From positions 128,001-192,000 of the forward strand of contig JBFXKG010000005.1 in the NCBI GenBank assembly GCA_050174015.1: a stretch of DNA of 64,000 nt. The letters run 5' to 3'. Below the pieces are notes generated by a model. That model worked only from the letters and a program-made list of their open reading frames with translations, ran no database searches and was not told the DNA's origin. Positions 39,857-53,116 of this stretch are shown piece after piece (within the stretch, counting starts at the first letter, position 1; every line of letters starts with the position of its first letter). The translations under genes were made by a program, and so were the position numbers. Source of the stretch: Candidatus Krumholzibacteriia bacterium. GTDB taxonomy: Bacteria; Krumholzibacteriota; Krumholzibacteriia; LZORAL124-64-63.

Positions 39857-41077
39857 GTGTCCCTGCCCGACATCCGGTCCATCCGTTCCCGCTTCCCCGG
39901 CCTGGCCGGCGACTGGATCTTCCTGGAGAATGCCGGCGGGTCCCAGGTTCCCCGCTGCGTCGCCGACGCCGTCCACAGGTACCTGACCGAGACGTACGTC
40001 CAGCTGGGAGCGGGATACCTCCGGTCCCGGACCAGCACCCGGACGGTCGAGCGGGCCCACGAGTTCGCGGCCGTCCTGGCCGGAACGCAGGACGGCGTGG
40101 CCGTGCTCGGGCCGTCCACCACGGTCCTGCTCAACACCCTGGCTTCGTGCTACGCCGGAGTGCTGGAACCCGGCCGTGAGATCATCCTGGCCCGCTCCGG
40201 CCACGAGGCGAACCTGGGCTGCTGGAAGCGCCTGGAGCGGCAGGGTTGCACGATCCGGTGGTGGGATTTCGACCGGGAGACCTTCACCCTGCAGCCGGTC
40301 CTCCTGGAATCCCTCCTCAACGAGAGAACGGCCATCGTGGCCCTGCCGCACGTCTCCAACCTGCTGGGCCACGCCGTCGACCTGAAGGAAGTCTGCCGCC
40401 TTGCCCACGCCGCCGGCGCGAAGGTCGTGGCCGACGGTGTCGCCTTCGCGCCCCACCGGGCCGTCCGGTTCGACGAGTGGGGCGTGGACTGGTACGCGTG
40501 GTCGGCCTACAAGGTCTACGGGCCCCACATGGCGGTCCTGGTGGGGCGGCCGGACCAGATGGCCGAGCTGCCCGGAGCCAACCACTTCTTCATTCCGCCC
40601 GGGGAACAGGCCTACAGGTTCGAACCAGGCGGGGCCAATCACGAGAGCTGCGCCGGCCTGCTGGGCCTGGGGAGGTACCTGGCGTTCCTGGCGGGGGCGC
40701 CGGAGGACGCGGACTGCTCGCGGGGGAACGTGGAGGCGGCCTTCGCCCGGATGCCGGCCCTGGAAAGACCCCTGCTGGAGAGGCTTCTGGAGTACCTCGG
40801 CAGCAAGCCCGGCGTCCGGATCATCGGCCCGGCCTCGGCGGACGAGGACCGGGTGGGCACCGTGAGCTTCGTCCACGACAGCCTGCCCTCGAGGGAGATC
40901 GCCGCCAGGGTCGACCGCTCCCGGGTCGCCCTCCGCCACGGCCACATGTACGCCTACCACCTGTGCGAGGATCTGGGGCTTGACCCGGAAGACGGAGTGG
41001 TCCGGGTCAGTTTCGTGCATTACAATACCCGGGACGAGATCGAGGAACTGATCGGGGTGCTCGAGGGCATCCTCTGA
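39857..41077 (+). CDS. class V aminotransferase, cysteine desulfurase-like
   Basis: ENAGGSQ, HEAN, DGVAFAPH, SAYKVYGPH, RVSFVHYN. Confidence 0.9.
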   Translation: MSLPDIRSIRSRFPGLAGDWIFLENAGGSQVPRCVADAVHRYLTETYVQLGAGYLRSRTSTRTVERAHEFAAVLAGTQDGVAVLGPSTTVLLNTLASCYAGVLEPGREIILARSGHEANLGCWKRLERQGCTIRWWDFDRETFTLQPVLLESLLNERTAIVALPHVSNLLGHAVDLKEVCRLAHAAGAKVVADGVAFAPHRAVRFDEWGVDWYAWSAYKVYGPHMAVLVGRPDQMAELPGANHFFIPPGEQAYRFEPGGANHESCAGLLGLGRYLAFLAGAPEDADCSRGNVEAAFARMPALERPLLERLLEYLGSKPGVRIIGPASADEDRVGTVSFVHDSLPSREIAARVDRSRVALRHGHMYAYHLCEDLGLDPEDGVVRVSFVHYNTRDEIEELIGVLEGIL

Positions 41078-41104
41078 TCCTGGGACGACAAGGACGGAAG
41101 ACCC

Positions 41105-41779
41105 ATGCGGAATATCGACGTCACTCTGTTCCACCGGCTGTTCCGCGCGCACCCCTGGCATGGGGTGAGCATCGGGGACGAAGCTCCCGACGTCGTCACG
41201 GCATTCATCGAGATCGTCCCGAGCGACACGGTGAAGTACGAGCTGGACAAGCCGACCGGCCACCTGAAGGTGGACCGCCCGCAGAAGTTCTCCAACGTCT
41301 ATCCCACCCTGTACGGGCTGATCCCCCAGACCTACTGCGGCGAGCGGACGGCCGAGTTCTGCATGAAGCAGGCCTCCCGCACCGGCATCGTGGGGGACGG
41401 CGATCCCCTGGACGTGTGCGTGCTGGCAGAGAAGTCCATCACCCACGGCGACATCCTGCTGCCGGTGACCCCGATCGGGGGGTTGCGGATGATCGACGGC
41501 AACGAGGCCGACGACAAGATCATCGCGGTGATGCGGGGCGACGCCATCTACGGCCACATGAAGGATCTCTACGAGTGCCCGCCCGCCCTGGTCGACCGGC
41601 TGAAGCACTACTTCCTGACCTACAAGGACGCCCCCGGCGCCCGCCGCAAGCGGGAGACCGAGATCACCCACGTCTACGGCCGGGACGAGGCCCACGAGGT
41701 GATCGAGCGCAGCGTCCTGGACTACGCGGAGAAGTACGGGGACCTGAAGGCCCTGTTCGAAAGACTGCGGACGCGCTGA
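41105..41779 (+). CDS. ppa: inorganic pyrophosphatase (family I)
   Basis: HPWHG, KYELDK, YGLIPQT, DGDPLD, EADDKIIAV. Confidence 0.93.
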   Translation: MRNIDVTLFHRLFRAHPWHGVSIGDEAPDVVTAFIEIVPSDTVKYELDKPTGHLKVDRPQKFSNVYPTLYGLIPQTYCGERTAEFCMKQASRTGIVGDGDPLDVCVLAEKSITHGDILLPVTPIGGLRMIDGNEADDKIIAVMRGDAIYGHMKDLYECPPALVDRLKHYFLTYKDAPGARRKRETEITHVYGRDEAHEVIERSVLDYAEKYGDLKALFERLRTR

Positions 41780-41906
41780 TCCCGACCATCCGACCGGATC
41801 CCTCTTCAATCGATCCATGAACTGCTGGATGGTGCGGGGCAGACCCCGGCCCTCGACGGCTCATCGCCCACTGATTTTCCCGGAAAAAATCCAATTAGTT
41901 GCCTAG

Positions 41907-41936
41907 TTGACATACTATTCAACCATGTGATACAAA
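41907..41936 (+). promoter_or_regulatory. sigma70-like promoter of the DUF4212/symporter operon
   Basis: TTGACA-N18-TACAAA with extended -10 TG in an AT-rich gap. Confidence 0.5.
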
Positions 41937-42008
41937 GATAATAAGAAGGCAAAATCAGGTTGGATTTCCTTCCCCCTCCATTCCCAAACTCCAGCCCTGG
42001 AGGTCGTG

Positions 42009-42260
42009 ATGAGCCAAGCCCAAGAGTACTGGAAGGCGAACCTCAGACTCGTCTCTCTCTGCATCGTGATCTGGTTCCTGGTGTCGTTCGGTTTCGGCAT
42101 CCTGCTGGCCGAACCCCTGAACGCGATAAAGCTGGGTGGGTACAAGCTGGGCTTCTGGTTCGCCCAGCAGGGGTCGATCTACATCTTCGTCGCCTTGATC
42201 TTCTTCTATGCCCATAGGATGAACATCCTGGATCGCAAGTTCAACGTTCACGAGGACTGA
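42009..42260 (+). CDS. DUF4212 small subunit of the solute:sodium symporter
   Basis: YWKANL…WFLVSFG…LGFWFAQQGSI…LDRKF. Confidence 0.9.
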   Translation: MSQAQEYWKANLRLVSLCIVIWFLVSFGFGILLAEPLNAIKLGGYKLGFWFAQQGSIYIFVALIFFYAHRMNILDRKFNVHED

Positions 42261-42346
42261 CGCCCTCCGCCGCCCGCCCTGCCGTTCCCAGCGGCCGGGC
42301 CGAGGGGGCATCAGGTTCAGGACGCTCAGGCAAGGGAGTAACGGTA

Positions 42347-44116
42347 ATGGATCTTAAACTCATGACCTTCCTGGTGGTCGGCGCCACCTTCGCGATCTAC
42401 ATCTACATCGCCATCAGGGCCAGGGCCGCCACGACGGCCGAGTTCTACGTCGCCGGCAAGGGGGTGCACCCCGTCCTCAACGGGATGGCCACCGGCGCCG
42501 ACTGGATGTCCGCGGCCTCGTTCATCTCCATGGCCGGCATCATCGCCTTCAAGGGGTACGACGCCTCGGCCTACCTCATGGGCTGGACCGGGGGCTACGT
42601 GCTGCTGGCCATGCTCCTGGCCCCGTACCTCCGCAAGTACGGCAAGTTCACCGTCCCCGAGTTCATCGGCGACCGGTTCTACAGCAAGGCCGCCCGCGGC
42701 GTGGCGATCCTGTGCCTGGTCACCGCCTCGCTCACCTACGTGATCGGACAGATGAAGGGGGTGGGGGTGGCCTTCTCCCGCTTCCTGGAAGTGCCGTTCG
42801 AGACCGGGGTCTACGTCGGCATGGCCATCGTCTTCGTCTACGCGGTGCTCGGGGGGATGAAAGGCATCACCTACACCCAGATCGCCCAGTACTGCGTCCT
42901 GATCTTCGCCTACACGGTGCCGGCCATCTTCATCTCGCTGCACCTGACGGGCAACCCCATCCCCCAGCTGGGTCTGGGCGGAAACCTCTCGGACGGGGGC
43001 GGGGCCCTGCTGGCCAAGCTGGATCTGATCTGCACGGATCTCGGTTTCACCCAGTACACGGCGCGCAAGGGGGGGACCCTGGACATCTTTCTGCTGACCA
43101 TGTCCCTGATGATCGGCACCGCGGGCCTGCCCCACGTGATCACCCGCTTCTTCACTGTGCCCAAGGTGCGCGACGCCCGGTCCAGCGCCGGCTGGGCCCT
43201 GGTGTTCATCGCCATCCTGTACACCACGGCTCCCGCCGTGGGGGCCATGGCGCGCCTGAACCTGATGCGCACCATCCAGACCGGCCAGGTTGGCGCGGTC
43301 GACGGGAACGTCAAGTACGACGAGGCGCCGGCCTGGTTCTCCAACTGGGAGAAGACCGGACTACTGCAGTGGGAGGACAAGAACAACGACGGCCGCATCC
43401 AGTACTACGGTCCCGGCCTCGACGGGCAGGCCGCCCGGTTCGGCTGGCAGGGCAACGAGATGACCAAGGTCGACAACGACATCATGGTGCTCGCCAACCC
43501 CGAGATCGCAGGCCTTCCCAACTGGATCATCGCCCTGGTGGCGGCCGGCGGCATCGCGGCCGCCCTGTCGACCGCCGCGGGTCTGCTCCTGGCCATCTCC
43601 TCGGCGATCTCCCACGACCTGCTGAAGGGCATCTTCACGCCCAGGATCAGCGAGAAGTCCGAACTGATGGCCGGCCGCATCTCCATGGCGGGCGCCATCG
43701 TCATTGCGGGGATCATGGGGATCCATCCCCCCGGCTTCGCCGCCCAGGTGGTGGCCCTGGCGTTCGGCCTGGCGGCCTCGTCCATCTTCCCGGCCATCAT
43801 GATGGGCATCTTCAACCGGCGCATGAACCAGCAAGGGGCGATAGCGGGCATGCTCGCCGGCCTCTTCAGCACCCTGATCTACATCTTCTGGTTCAAGGGG
43901 TGGTTCTTCGTGCCGGGGACCAACATGGCGCCCGATGACGCCGCCCACTGGTTCATGGGCATCTCCCCGGGTTCCTTCGGGGCCGTGGGCGCGTTGATCA
44001 ACTTCGCGGTGGCCTACGTCGTGTCCAAGGTGACGCCCCCGCCGCCGGAGCACATCCAGGCCCTGGTGGAGGACATCCGCGTTCCCATGGGCGCCGGTGG
44101 GCCGCGCGGGCACTAG
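42347..44116 (+). CDS. sodium:solute symporter, ActP-like (probable acetate permease)
   Basis: GMATGADWMSAASFIS, GTAGLPHVITRFFT; follows DUF4212. Confidence 0.92.
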   Translation: MDLKLMTFLVVGATFAIYIYIAIRARAATTAEFYVAGKGVHPVLNGMATGADWMSAASFISMAGIIAFKGYDASAYLMGWTGGYVLLAMLLAPYLRKYGKFTVPEFIGDRFYSKAARGVAILCLVTASLTYVIGQMKGVGVAFSRFLEVPFETGVYVGMAIVFVYAVLGGMKGITYTQIAQYCVLIFAYTVPAIFISLHLTGNPIPQLGLGGNLSDGGGALLAKLDLICTDLGFTQYTARKGGTLDIFLLTMSLMIGTAGLPHVITRFFTVPKVRDARSSAGWALVFIAILYTTAPAVGAMARLNLMRTIQTGQVGAVDGNVKYDEAPAWFSNWEKTGLLQWEDKNNDGRIQYYGPGLDGQAARFGWQGNEMTKVDNDIMVLANPEIAGLPNWIIALVAAGGIAAALSTAAGLLLAISSAISHDLLKGIFTPRISEKSELMAGRISMAGAIVIAGIMGIHPPGFAAQVVALAFGLAASSIFPAIMMGIFNRRMNQQGAIAGMLAGLFSTLIYIFWFKGWFFVPGTNMAPDDAAHWFMGISPGSFGAVGALINFAVAYVVSKVTPPPPEHIQALVEDIRVPMGAGGPRGH

Positions 44117-44211
44117 CCCCGATCCGTCCTGCGAGCGGCGCGCCTGCATCCTGGCGGGCGCGCCGCAATCCTCGCGTTGATAATCCCCGGCCCTTGAGCT
44201 TTACTTTCTCC

Positions 44212-45399
44212 ATGCGCGGCAACAGGACCTTCAAGTTCATCGATCGTTGGATCGGCATCCCCCTGGTGGGGGTCGCAGGCACGGCCCGTCAGCTCGGCAG
44301 GGTGGGGCGTCGGTCCGTCGGCGCGCCCCTGGGCCCGGGCGACCGGGTGCTCGTGGTCAAGCAGGCTGCGCTGGGGGATACCCTGCTCCTATTGCCCGTG
44401 CTCAAGGCCCTCAAGGACCGGGTCGGACCGCAAGGCCGGGTGGTGATGGTGGCGACGCCGGTCAACCGCGAGGTGGCCGAGGCCTGCCCGTGGCTGGACC
44501 GGTTCCTGGTGCTGGATCCGGGTCGGATCGTGTCCCGTCCCCTGGGCCTGGCGGGGATGATCCGCCAGCTGCGGGGCGAGCGCTTCACCGTCGCCCTGGA
44601 TTTCGACCAGTGGCTGAGGTCGTCGGCCCTGCTCGCGACGGCATCGGGGGCCGCCCGGAGGCTGGGATTCCGCACTCCGGGCCAGCATCGCCACCAGGGG
44701 TTCGACGGAACCGTGGACCAGGCGCCCGGGATCCATGAAGGCGAGCTGTTCGCCGGGCTCGCCGTGGCGACGGGGATCGATGCGGGAGCCATCGAGCCCT
44801 ACCCCGGTTTCCTCCGGCGCCATGGCATCTGGTGCGATGGACCTCGGCCCGAACCCGGCGGCGATCGCCCCCCCCGTATCGTCTTCCACCCCGGCTGCGG
44901 ATCCCATGGCTGGCAGCGGGAGTGGCCCCTGGAGTGCTATGCCGAACTGGGAGCCCGCCTCCAGGAGGACACCGGGGCGGACGTGGTCGTCACCGGGCAC
45001 GGGACCCACGAGGTGTCCCTGGCCAACGAGCTCCAGCACCGGGGGCGGTTCAACTTCACCAACCTGGCGGGGCGCATGTCGTTCCGGGAGCTTGCAGGCG
45101 AGCTGGACCGGTCCGATCTGGTGGTGTGCGGCAACACCGGGGTCATGCATCTGGCGGCTGGCCTGGGGGTTCCCCTGGTAGCGCTGCACGGGCCGACGGA
45201 TCCGGTCAAGTGGGGGCCTCACGGGGGATCGCCGGCGGGCGAGCCGAGATTCCAGGTCGTCGCCGCGGACCTTCCCTGTTCGCCCTGCCTCTTCCTGGGA
45301 TTCGAGTACGGCTGTCCCGATCGGCCCTGCATGGATTCCCTCGCCGTCGAAACGGTTCTGCAGGCGTGCCTGAAAGCCATGGAGGCGGGAAGGTCCTGA
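44212..45399 (+). CDS. glycosyltransferase family 9 (LPS heptosyltransferase-like)
   Basis: ALGD, HPG…REWP, NTGVMHLAA…HGPT, PCSPC. Confidence 0.88.
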   Translation: MRGNRTFKFIDRWIGIPLVGVAGTARQLGRVGRRSVGAPLGPGDRVLVVKQAALGDTLLLLPVLKALKDRVGPQGRVVMVATPVNREVAEACPWLDRFLVLDPGRIVSRPLGLAGMIRQLRGERFTVALDFDQWLRSSALLATASGAARRLGFRTPGQHRHQGFDGTVDQAPGIHEGELFAGLAVATGIDAGAIEPYPGFLRRHGIWCDGPRPEPGGDRPPRIVFHPGCGSHGWQREWPLECYAELGARLQEDTGADVVVTGHGTHEVSLANELQHRGRFNFTNLAGRMSFRELAGELDRSDLVVCGNTGVMHLAAGLGVPLVALHGPTDPVKWGPHGGSPAGEPRFQVVAADLPCSPCLFLGFEYGCPDRPCMDSLAVETVLQACLKAMEAGRS

Positions 45400-45525
45400 C
45401 CAGGGCCGCCGCGGAACGGGGATTGCAATCAAGGGTCCGGGAGAAAAGGGGGGGGAGCCCGGTCCGGAACTTGTCGTGCAAGTCATTGTTCGGTAGGGAC
45501 TTGCCCCGTCGGAAAGGCGTGACCG

Positions 45526-47505
45526 ATGCAGAGCGGGATTCGACTCTGGGAGATCCAGGACCGGCTGTGGTCGGATCTTGCCCGCAGTCACGATTTCAAC
45601 ACGACGCTGGCCCTGTGCTGCGATGCCGCGATCCGCCTGGCGGGAGGAGACTGCGGGGGCATCTACCTGTTCACCCCCGAGGGGTCCCTTGAACTCGTCC
45701 ACCACCAGGGTCTGGGGGAGGAGTTCGTCACCCGGTCCTCCTCTTATCCCCCCGACAGCACCAACGCGGAGATGGTCCATTCGGGCCGCAGCCTCTACAT
45801 CCATTCCGGCGACCTGCTGCTGGAACTGAACAAGAGGACCAGGGAGGGCCTCAAGGCCCTGGCCATCGTCCCGACCCTGTGCGACGGGCGCCCGGTCGGA
45901 TGCCTCAACATCGCCTCCCACGAAATCGAATTGTTCCCCGAGGACGTCAGACAGGGCGTCGAGGTCCTTTCGGCCCAGATCGGCCTGGCCATCGACCGCG
46001 CGTCCGCCCTGAAGACCTTGAGGGAGAGGGAGGAGAATCTCCGCACGTTCTTCGGGACCGTGGAGGACATGCTCTTCGTCCTCGACCCCCGGGGCACGAT
46101 CCAGCACTGCAACCACATGGTCTTCACCAAGCTTGGTCATGCCGGGGAGGAACTGATCGGCCAATCGGTTCTCGCCTTGCACCCCCCGGCCCAGCGCGAG
46201 GAAGCCGGCCGGGTGATCGGGGAAATGGTGGAGGGGAAGCGCGACCACTGTCTGATCCCGCTCCAGGCCAAATCCGGGGATCTCATCCCCGTGGAGACCA
46301 AGGTGGTCCTGGGGCGCTGGGACGGAAAGGCCGCCCTGTTCGGCGTCTCCCGCGACGTCAGCGAGAGGATGAAGGCCGAGCGGGAGCGGCGGGCCCTCGA
46401 GAGGAAGATGATCCAGACCCAGAAGCTGGACAGCCTGGGGGTCCTGGCGGGCGGCATGGCCCATGATTTCAACAACCTGCTGCTGCAGATGAACGGGTTC
46501 GCGGACCTGGCCCGCAGCAGCCTGGACGACCCCGGCCAGGCTGCCCTCTACCTGGACAAGATCGAATCCACCGTCAACAGGGCGGCCGGCCTGACCGGCA
46601 AGCTCCTGGCCTACGCGGGGAAGGCTCCCGGTTCGATCGAGACCCTTGACCTGGCCGGCCTCATCAAGGAGATCAAGGATCTCATCCGGATCTCCCTACC
46701 GCCGGGCGTTGCCCTGGACCTGGATGTCGAGCCGGGCCCGCTGCTGGTGAAGGCCGATCCCTCCCAGATCCGCCAGGTCGTCATGAACCTGATCATCAAC
46801 GCCTACGAATCGCTGGGTGGCGGCCCGGGGACCATCGTCCTGAAGGCGGGCACGGACCGGGAGAACCCCTCCCTCGACGGGTTCTTCGTGGAGATCCGGG
46901 ATACGGGCTGCGGCATGGACGAGGAGACCCTCACCCGGGTGTTCGAACCCTTCTTCACCACCAAGTTCACCGGCAGGGGCCTGGGCCTGAGCGCGGCCCT
47001 GGGGATCATCAGGGAAAGCGGCGGGGATATCGCGATCACTTCGGAGCCTGGCCGGGGAACTCTCGTCCGTTTCGTCCTGCCGGGCCTGAAGGGCGCGGAC
47101 CGCCGTCCCGGGAGCGGGACGGGCGGGGAAGGGGGCGGGTGCGTCCTGGTCATCGACGACGAGGATGCGGTGCGCGAAGTGGCGGCGTGCATGCTGAACC
47201 GGCTCGGTTACCGGACCATCGAGGCTTGCGACGGAGCCGAAGCTCTCGAACTGTACCGGACCCGGGGCGAGACCATCGACCTGGTCCTGCTGGATTTGAC
47301 GATGCCGGCCATGGACGGGGCGGCGACCCTCGACGGCTTGCGGCGCCTGGACCCCGCCGTCCCGGTCATGGTGGTCAGCGGCGTCACGGCTGCGGCTTCC
47401 CAGGAGATCCTGAACCGGCCCCAGACGGTGGGCTACCTGACCAAGCCGTTCACCCTGGATGAGCTGAAGGCTGCAGTGAGCCGCATCGTCCAGCCGAGCG
47501 CCTGA
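45526..47505 (+). CDS. hybrid sensor kinase GAF-PAS-HisKA-HATPase-REC
   Basis: AHDFNNLL, NLIINA, DTGCGM, FFTTKF.GRGLGL, VIDDE…LLDLTMP. Confidence 0.93.
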   Translation: MQSGIRLWEIQDRLWSDLARSHDFNTTLALCCDAAIRLAGGDCGGIYLFTPEGSLELVHHQGLGEEFVTRSSSYPPDSTNAEMVHSGRSLYIHSGDLLLELNKRTREGLKALAIVPTLCDGRPVGCLNIASHEIELFPEDVRQGVEVLSAQIGLAIDRASALKTLREREENLRTFFGTVEDMLFVLDPRGTIQHCNHMVFTKLGHAGEELIGQSVLALHPPAQREEAGRVIGEMVEGKRDHCLIPLQAKSGDLIPVETKVVLGRWDGKAALFGVSRDVSERMKAERERRALERKMIQTQKLDSLGVLAGGMAHDFNNLLLQMNGFADLARSSLDDPGQAALYLDKIESTVNRAAGLTGKLLAYAGKAPGSIETLDLAGLIKEIKDLIRISLPPGVALDLDVEPGPLLVKADPSQIRQVVMNLIINAYESLGGGPGTIVLKAGTDRENPSLDGFFVEIRDTGCGMDEETLTRVFEPFFTTKFTGRGLGLSAALGIIRESGGDIAITSEPGRGTLVRFVLPGLKGADRRPGSGTGGEGGGCVLVIDDEDAVREVAACMLNRLGYRTIEACDGAEALELYRTRGETIDLVLLDLTMPAMDGAATLDGLRRLDPAVPVMVVSGVTAAASQEILNRPQTVGYLTKPFTLDELKAAVSRIVQPSA

Positions 47506-47527
47506 CGGATCCTGCTGCCGTCCCCCC

Positions 47528-49336
47528 TCAAGCCAGCTGATTCGTCCGGAACCGCTGGGCCACGGCCTGCTGCATCTCCTGGATGGCGCCGAAGGCGTCC
47601 TTGAGGTGCCTGTGTTCCAGCGAGGACAGGGACGCCAGCCGGATCTCGTTGTCCACCTCCCCGCCCGTCCGCATCTCCACGAGCTGTTCCTGGAGCCTCA
47701 ACTGGAGCAGGAACCGGTAGGTTTCGATGAGGGTCTGGCCCAGGTCGCGGCTCAGGTTGCCGAAGGCCATGGCGGCCTCCAGCCGTTCCCGGGTGGGGCG
47801 GGACCGGGCGCGCGCCTCGAGGGCGAAGACCCGGGCCGCAGCCGCGATGGGGGCCAGGCCGCGCTTCTTCAGGTCGATGCGCCCGTCGGTGCTCCGGATG
47901 CGCCGGAACAGACCCAGCGGGGGCTTGAACCGCAGGGAGACCCGCGCCAGGTGGGCCATGAACAGCTGGTTCTCCACCGCGCCGGCCACGCGATCGGCGA
48001 TGGGGGCGGTGTCGAGGGAGCCGGCGACCGCCCGGAAGTCGAAGAAGATCGAGGCGACCATGAGGTTGTCCGGAGTGGGGCTGCGGATCCATTCGGCGAC
48101 CGTCCGATCCCAGCCGTCCACCGTCCTGCACCAGTTGGTGGCCATGCAGCCGCCGGTGCAGGGGGGGAAGCCGGCGGTGATCAGGTTGCCCACCACGGTG
48201 GCGGCGAACTCGGGGAAGTACGCGGCCGCGGCCGGGGACTCCTCGGCGTAGACCAGGGCGTTGTCCTGGTCGGTGAGCAGGGCCTGCTCCATGCGGCCCT
48301 CCGACCCGAAGACCAGGAAGGCGTAGGGACACGGCGCCGGTCCCAGCTGCAGTTCCGCCAGCCGGCACAGCCGCCTGATCAGCGCGTCGTTCACGCTGGC
48401 GAGGATGCGCCCGATCTGCGCCACCTTCAGGCCCCCGTTGAACAGCCGGTTCACCATGGCCGCCGTGTCACCGGCGTAGTTGCCCAGGCCTGCCGCCGAT
48501 TCCAGGTTGTCCAGGTTCCGCATCAGGTACAGGGGGTTGCGGGTCTGCTGCCGCAACAGATCGGTGGCCGAGACGATGCCCAGGATGGCGCCGTCCCCGG
48601 TGACGGGGAGGTGATGGATCTTCTCCTCCAGCATGAACAGCAGGGCGGTGTGGACGGGCGTGTCGCCGGGCAGGGTCTTCACCGGGCGGGACATGACCTC
48701 GGCCACGGGGATCTGCGGCCCCCGCCCCTCGGCGAGCACCTTCACCTGGAAGTCGTGGTCGGTCAGGATGCCGGGCTCCATCCCCTCCACCAGGACGACG
48801 TCGGTGCGGCGGTCCCGCATGGCCCGGGCGGCGTCGGCCACGGTGGCCGTCGCGGGCACGGTCACCGGCGCGCTCTTGAGGAGTGAAGCCAGCGGAGCGG
48901 TCAGCTCGCCGCCGATGGAGGTGACCTCGCGCTGGGTGAGCCGGCTCAGGCGCTCGCCCAGACTCTTGAGGAAGAACTCGGCGAAGGGGCCGTTGCCGAG
49001 CAGGCCCTTGAAGACGGCGGCGGGGACGCAGTGAAGGGTGACGTCCTCGGCGGCGACCACGTCGAACGCCGGAGCATCCTGGCTGATGATGGAGGGATAA
49101 CCGAAGCAGTCACCTTCTTCCAGGATCTGGATCTCCACGCCGTCCCGGGTCAGCCGGACGCTCCCGGCGGCGATCAGATGCAGGCAGGGGCTGACCGCGC
49201 CGCCCTGACTGAGGATGACCGTGCCCGCGGGCAGGGTGCTGGTGCGCGAGGCCCGGCGCACCGCCTCCAGCTCGTCCCTGGACAGCAGCATGAACGGGTG
49301 CTGGGTGGACAGGAAATCCATGATCCTGGCGATCAT
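47528..49336 (-). CDS. cNMP-binding/CBS/DUF294 nucleotidyltransferase-like protein
   Basis: cNMP domain (GDCFG), CBS pair, GSEGR.EQ…DQDN, FFDFR, DLKKRG. Confidence 0.9.
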   Translation of the reverse strand: MIARIMDFLSTQHPFMLLSRDELEAVRRASRTSTLPAGTVILSQGGAVSPCLHLIAAGSVRLTRDGVEIQILEEGDCFGYPSIISQDAPAFDVVAAEDVTLHCVPAAVFKGLLGNGPFAEFFLKSLGERLSRLTQREVTSIGGELTAPLASLLKSAPVTVPATATVADAARAMRDRRTDVVLVEGMEPGILTDHDFQVKVLAEGRGPQIPVAEVMSRPVKTLPGDTPVHTALLFMLEEKIHHLPVTGDGAILGIVSATDLLRQQTRNPLYLMRNLDNLESAAGLGNYAGDTAAMVNRLFNGGLKVAQIGRILASVNDALIRRLCRLAELQLGPAPCPYAFLVFGSEGRMEQALLTDQDNALVYAEESPAAAAYFPEFAATVVGNLITAGFPPCTGGCMATNWCRTVDGWDRTVAEWIRSPTPDNLMVASIFFDFRAVAGSLDTAPIADRVAGAVENQLFMAHLARVSLRFKPPLGLFRRIRSTDGRIDLKKRGLAPIAAAARVFALEARARSRPTRERLEAAMAFGNLSRDLGQTLIETYRFLLQLRLQEQLVEMRTGGEVDNEIRLASLSSLEHRHLKDAFGAIQEMQQAVAQRFRTNQLA

Positions 49337-49534
49337 CGGGAGCCGCCTTTGTCAGTGGTGCCGGTCACCGGACGGACGAGGATCCTGCCGAACAGGTTGG
49401 CGGTCCGTGGTTTCCCGGAGTATGGGATAACCGAGGAAAGAACTCCAGCTTGGTTTCGGGGATGTGGTAGACTCGCAGGCAACACCCGCGACGCCTGGGA
49501 GGTTCCGGCAGGCTTGGAGAAACCCGCCTACAGG

Positions 49535-50911
49535 ATGATCAAACGCGACGCCATCCGGGCTTCCCTGTGCTTCCTGGCGATGGCCGCCATCCTCGCGGCC
49601 GCCCTGCGCAACGGCGATCCGGTGCGGCCGCTGGCGTGGGCGGCGGCGGTCCTTGCGGGGGTGACGGGGCTCGCCCTCCTCGGCCGGATCTGGGGCGAGG
49701 CCGGCCGGCTGGGTCGGGGCCTGGAACGCGTGCGGGGGGCCCTCCTGAACGTCACCTCGGATCCCAACGCGGTCCTGCCGGCGCCCGATCCGGCGACCAT
49801 GCCTCCGGAAATCCTGTCCCAGCTGACCGCGTTGACCCAGTTCCACGGTCAGGTCCTGCAGGAGCGCCATGGGCCCGACAAGCGCCTGTCCACCGTGCTG
49901 GGTTCGCTGTTCTCGGGGGTCGCCGTCATCACCGGGCAGGGCCAGGTCAGCCTGGTCAACACCTCGGGCCGGGAACTGCTGGGACGCGAGCGCGTCCGGG
50001 TGGGAACCTCCATCTTCGCAGCCCTCGACCGTCACACGGTGCTGGATGCGGTGAACCGGTCGCGGGCGGAAGGCAAGCAGGTCCAGGCGGCCTTCCGACG
50101 GCTCGATGCGGTGGAACTGCACGGCCGCCTGTCGGCCTTGCCGGACGAGGACGGCGCGATCCTCATCTTCCCTCCCGTGGAACTGGAAGAGCACAGGCCG
50201 GGCGTGGACTTCGACTTCGGCCTGCACCACCTGCCCCCCGAGACCGAACCCCTGCACCTGGGCGTGTCCCTGGACGACCTGCCGGTCCTGTTCCTGGACA
50301 CCGAGACCACCGGGCTCGATGCCCAAAACGACCGCATCGTCTCGATCGGGGCGATCCGGGCGCACGGGACCCGCCTCTACAACGGGGCGATGATCGACGC
50401 CCTGCTCGATCCTGGAGTGCCCATTCCGGCGGTCTCCACGGCCATCCACGGGATCACCGACGCGATGGTCAGGGACGCCCGCCGGTTCCCCCTGGTCTGC
50501 GCCGATCTGAGGAAACTTGCGGCCAACAGCATCATCGTCGGACACAACATCCCCTTCGACCTGACCATCCTGAAGGCGGAGTGCGAGCGCCACGGCTGCC
50601 CCTGGAACCACCCCGTGTTCATCGACACCCTGCGTTTGGCCGCCCTGCTCGATCCGGATCTGGACGGCCACGACCTGGAAACCCTGGCCGACCTCTACGA
50701 CCTGGAGATCCAGGGCCGCCACACCGCCCTGGGCGACGCCCTGGTGACCGCCGAGATCTTCTTCCGCATGCTGCCCCGCTTCAAGGAGCGCGGGCACCGC
50801 ACCCTCGAGGACCTGCTGAGATTCCATTGCACCGAGGCCCGGGTGATCATCCGCCACCAGGGGGCCCAGGGGTGGATCACCTCCCAGCCCGATTCGTTGC
50901 AGGGGTCCTGA
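49535..50911 (+). CDS. membrane-anchored PAS-like/DEDDh 3'-5' exonuclease (DNA Pol III epsilon-like)
   Basis: two N-terminal TM segments; [22 protein letters not shown]. Confidence 0.88.
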   Translation: MIKRDAIRASLCFLAMAAILAAALRNGDPVRPLAWAAAVLAGVTGLALLGRIWGEAGRLGRGLERVRGALLNVTSDPNAVLPAPDPATMPPEILSQLTALTQFHGQVLQERHGPDKRLSTVLGSLFSGVAVITGQGQVSLVNTSGRELLGRERVRVGTSIFAALDRHTVLDAVNRSRAEGKQVQAAFRRLDAVELHGRLSALPDEDGAILIFPPVELEEHRPGVDFDFGLHHLPPETEPLHLGVSLDDLPVLFLDTETTGLDAQNDRIVSIGAIRAHGTRLYNGAMIDALLDPGVPIPAVSTAIHGITDAMVRDARRFPLVCADLRKLAANSIIVGHNIPFDLTILKAECERHGCPWNHPVFIDTLRLAALLDPDLDGHDLETLADLYDLEIQGRHTALGDALVTAEIFFRMLPRFKERGHRTLEDLLRFHCTEARVIIRHQGAQGWITSQPDSLQGS

Positions 50912-51035
50912 GAACCGTTGCACCGTTTCAAGGTTACGAATATTGGTTGTCCTCCTCCCACGAAAATGGTATAGAATCCTCCTTTATCGAATGGCGGAAC
51001 TCCACCCCATCTCCCGCCCAGGAGGGTGCCCGATC

Positions 51036-52997
<1,962 letters not shown>

Positions 52998-53116
52998 GTC
53001 CGGGCTTGGCTTCCCGGTCCGGGGGTAATAGAGTGGCGGCAGAGCGTGGCCACGAGGGACGTTTCGGCCGGCGGTCCCGCCGGGCGGGGCGGAGTGCATA
53101 GGGAGGCGCCCTGCCG

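Noticed and set aside
41880..41894. CCGGAAAAAATCCAA as another copy of the cassette operator
   Set aside because: Four mismatches to the palindrome; more simply an A-tract upstream of the -35. This also weakens the 20895 copy.
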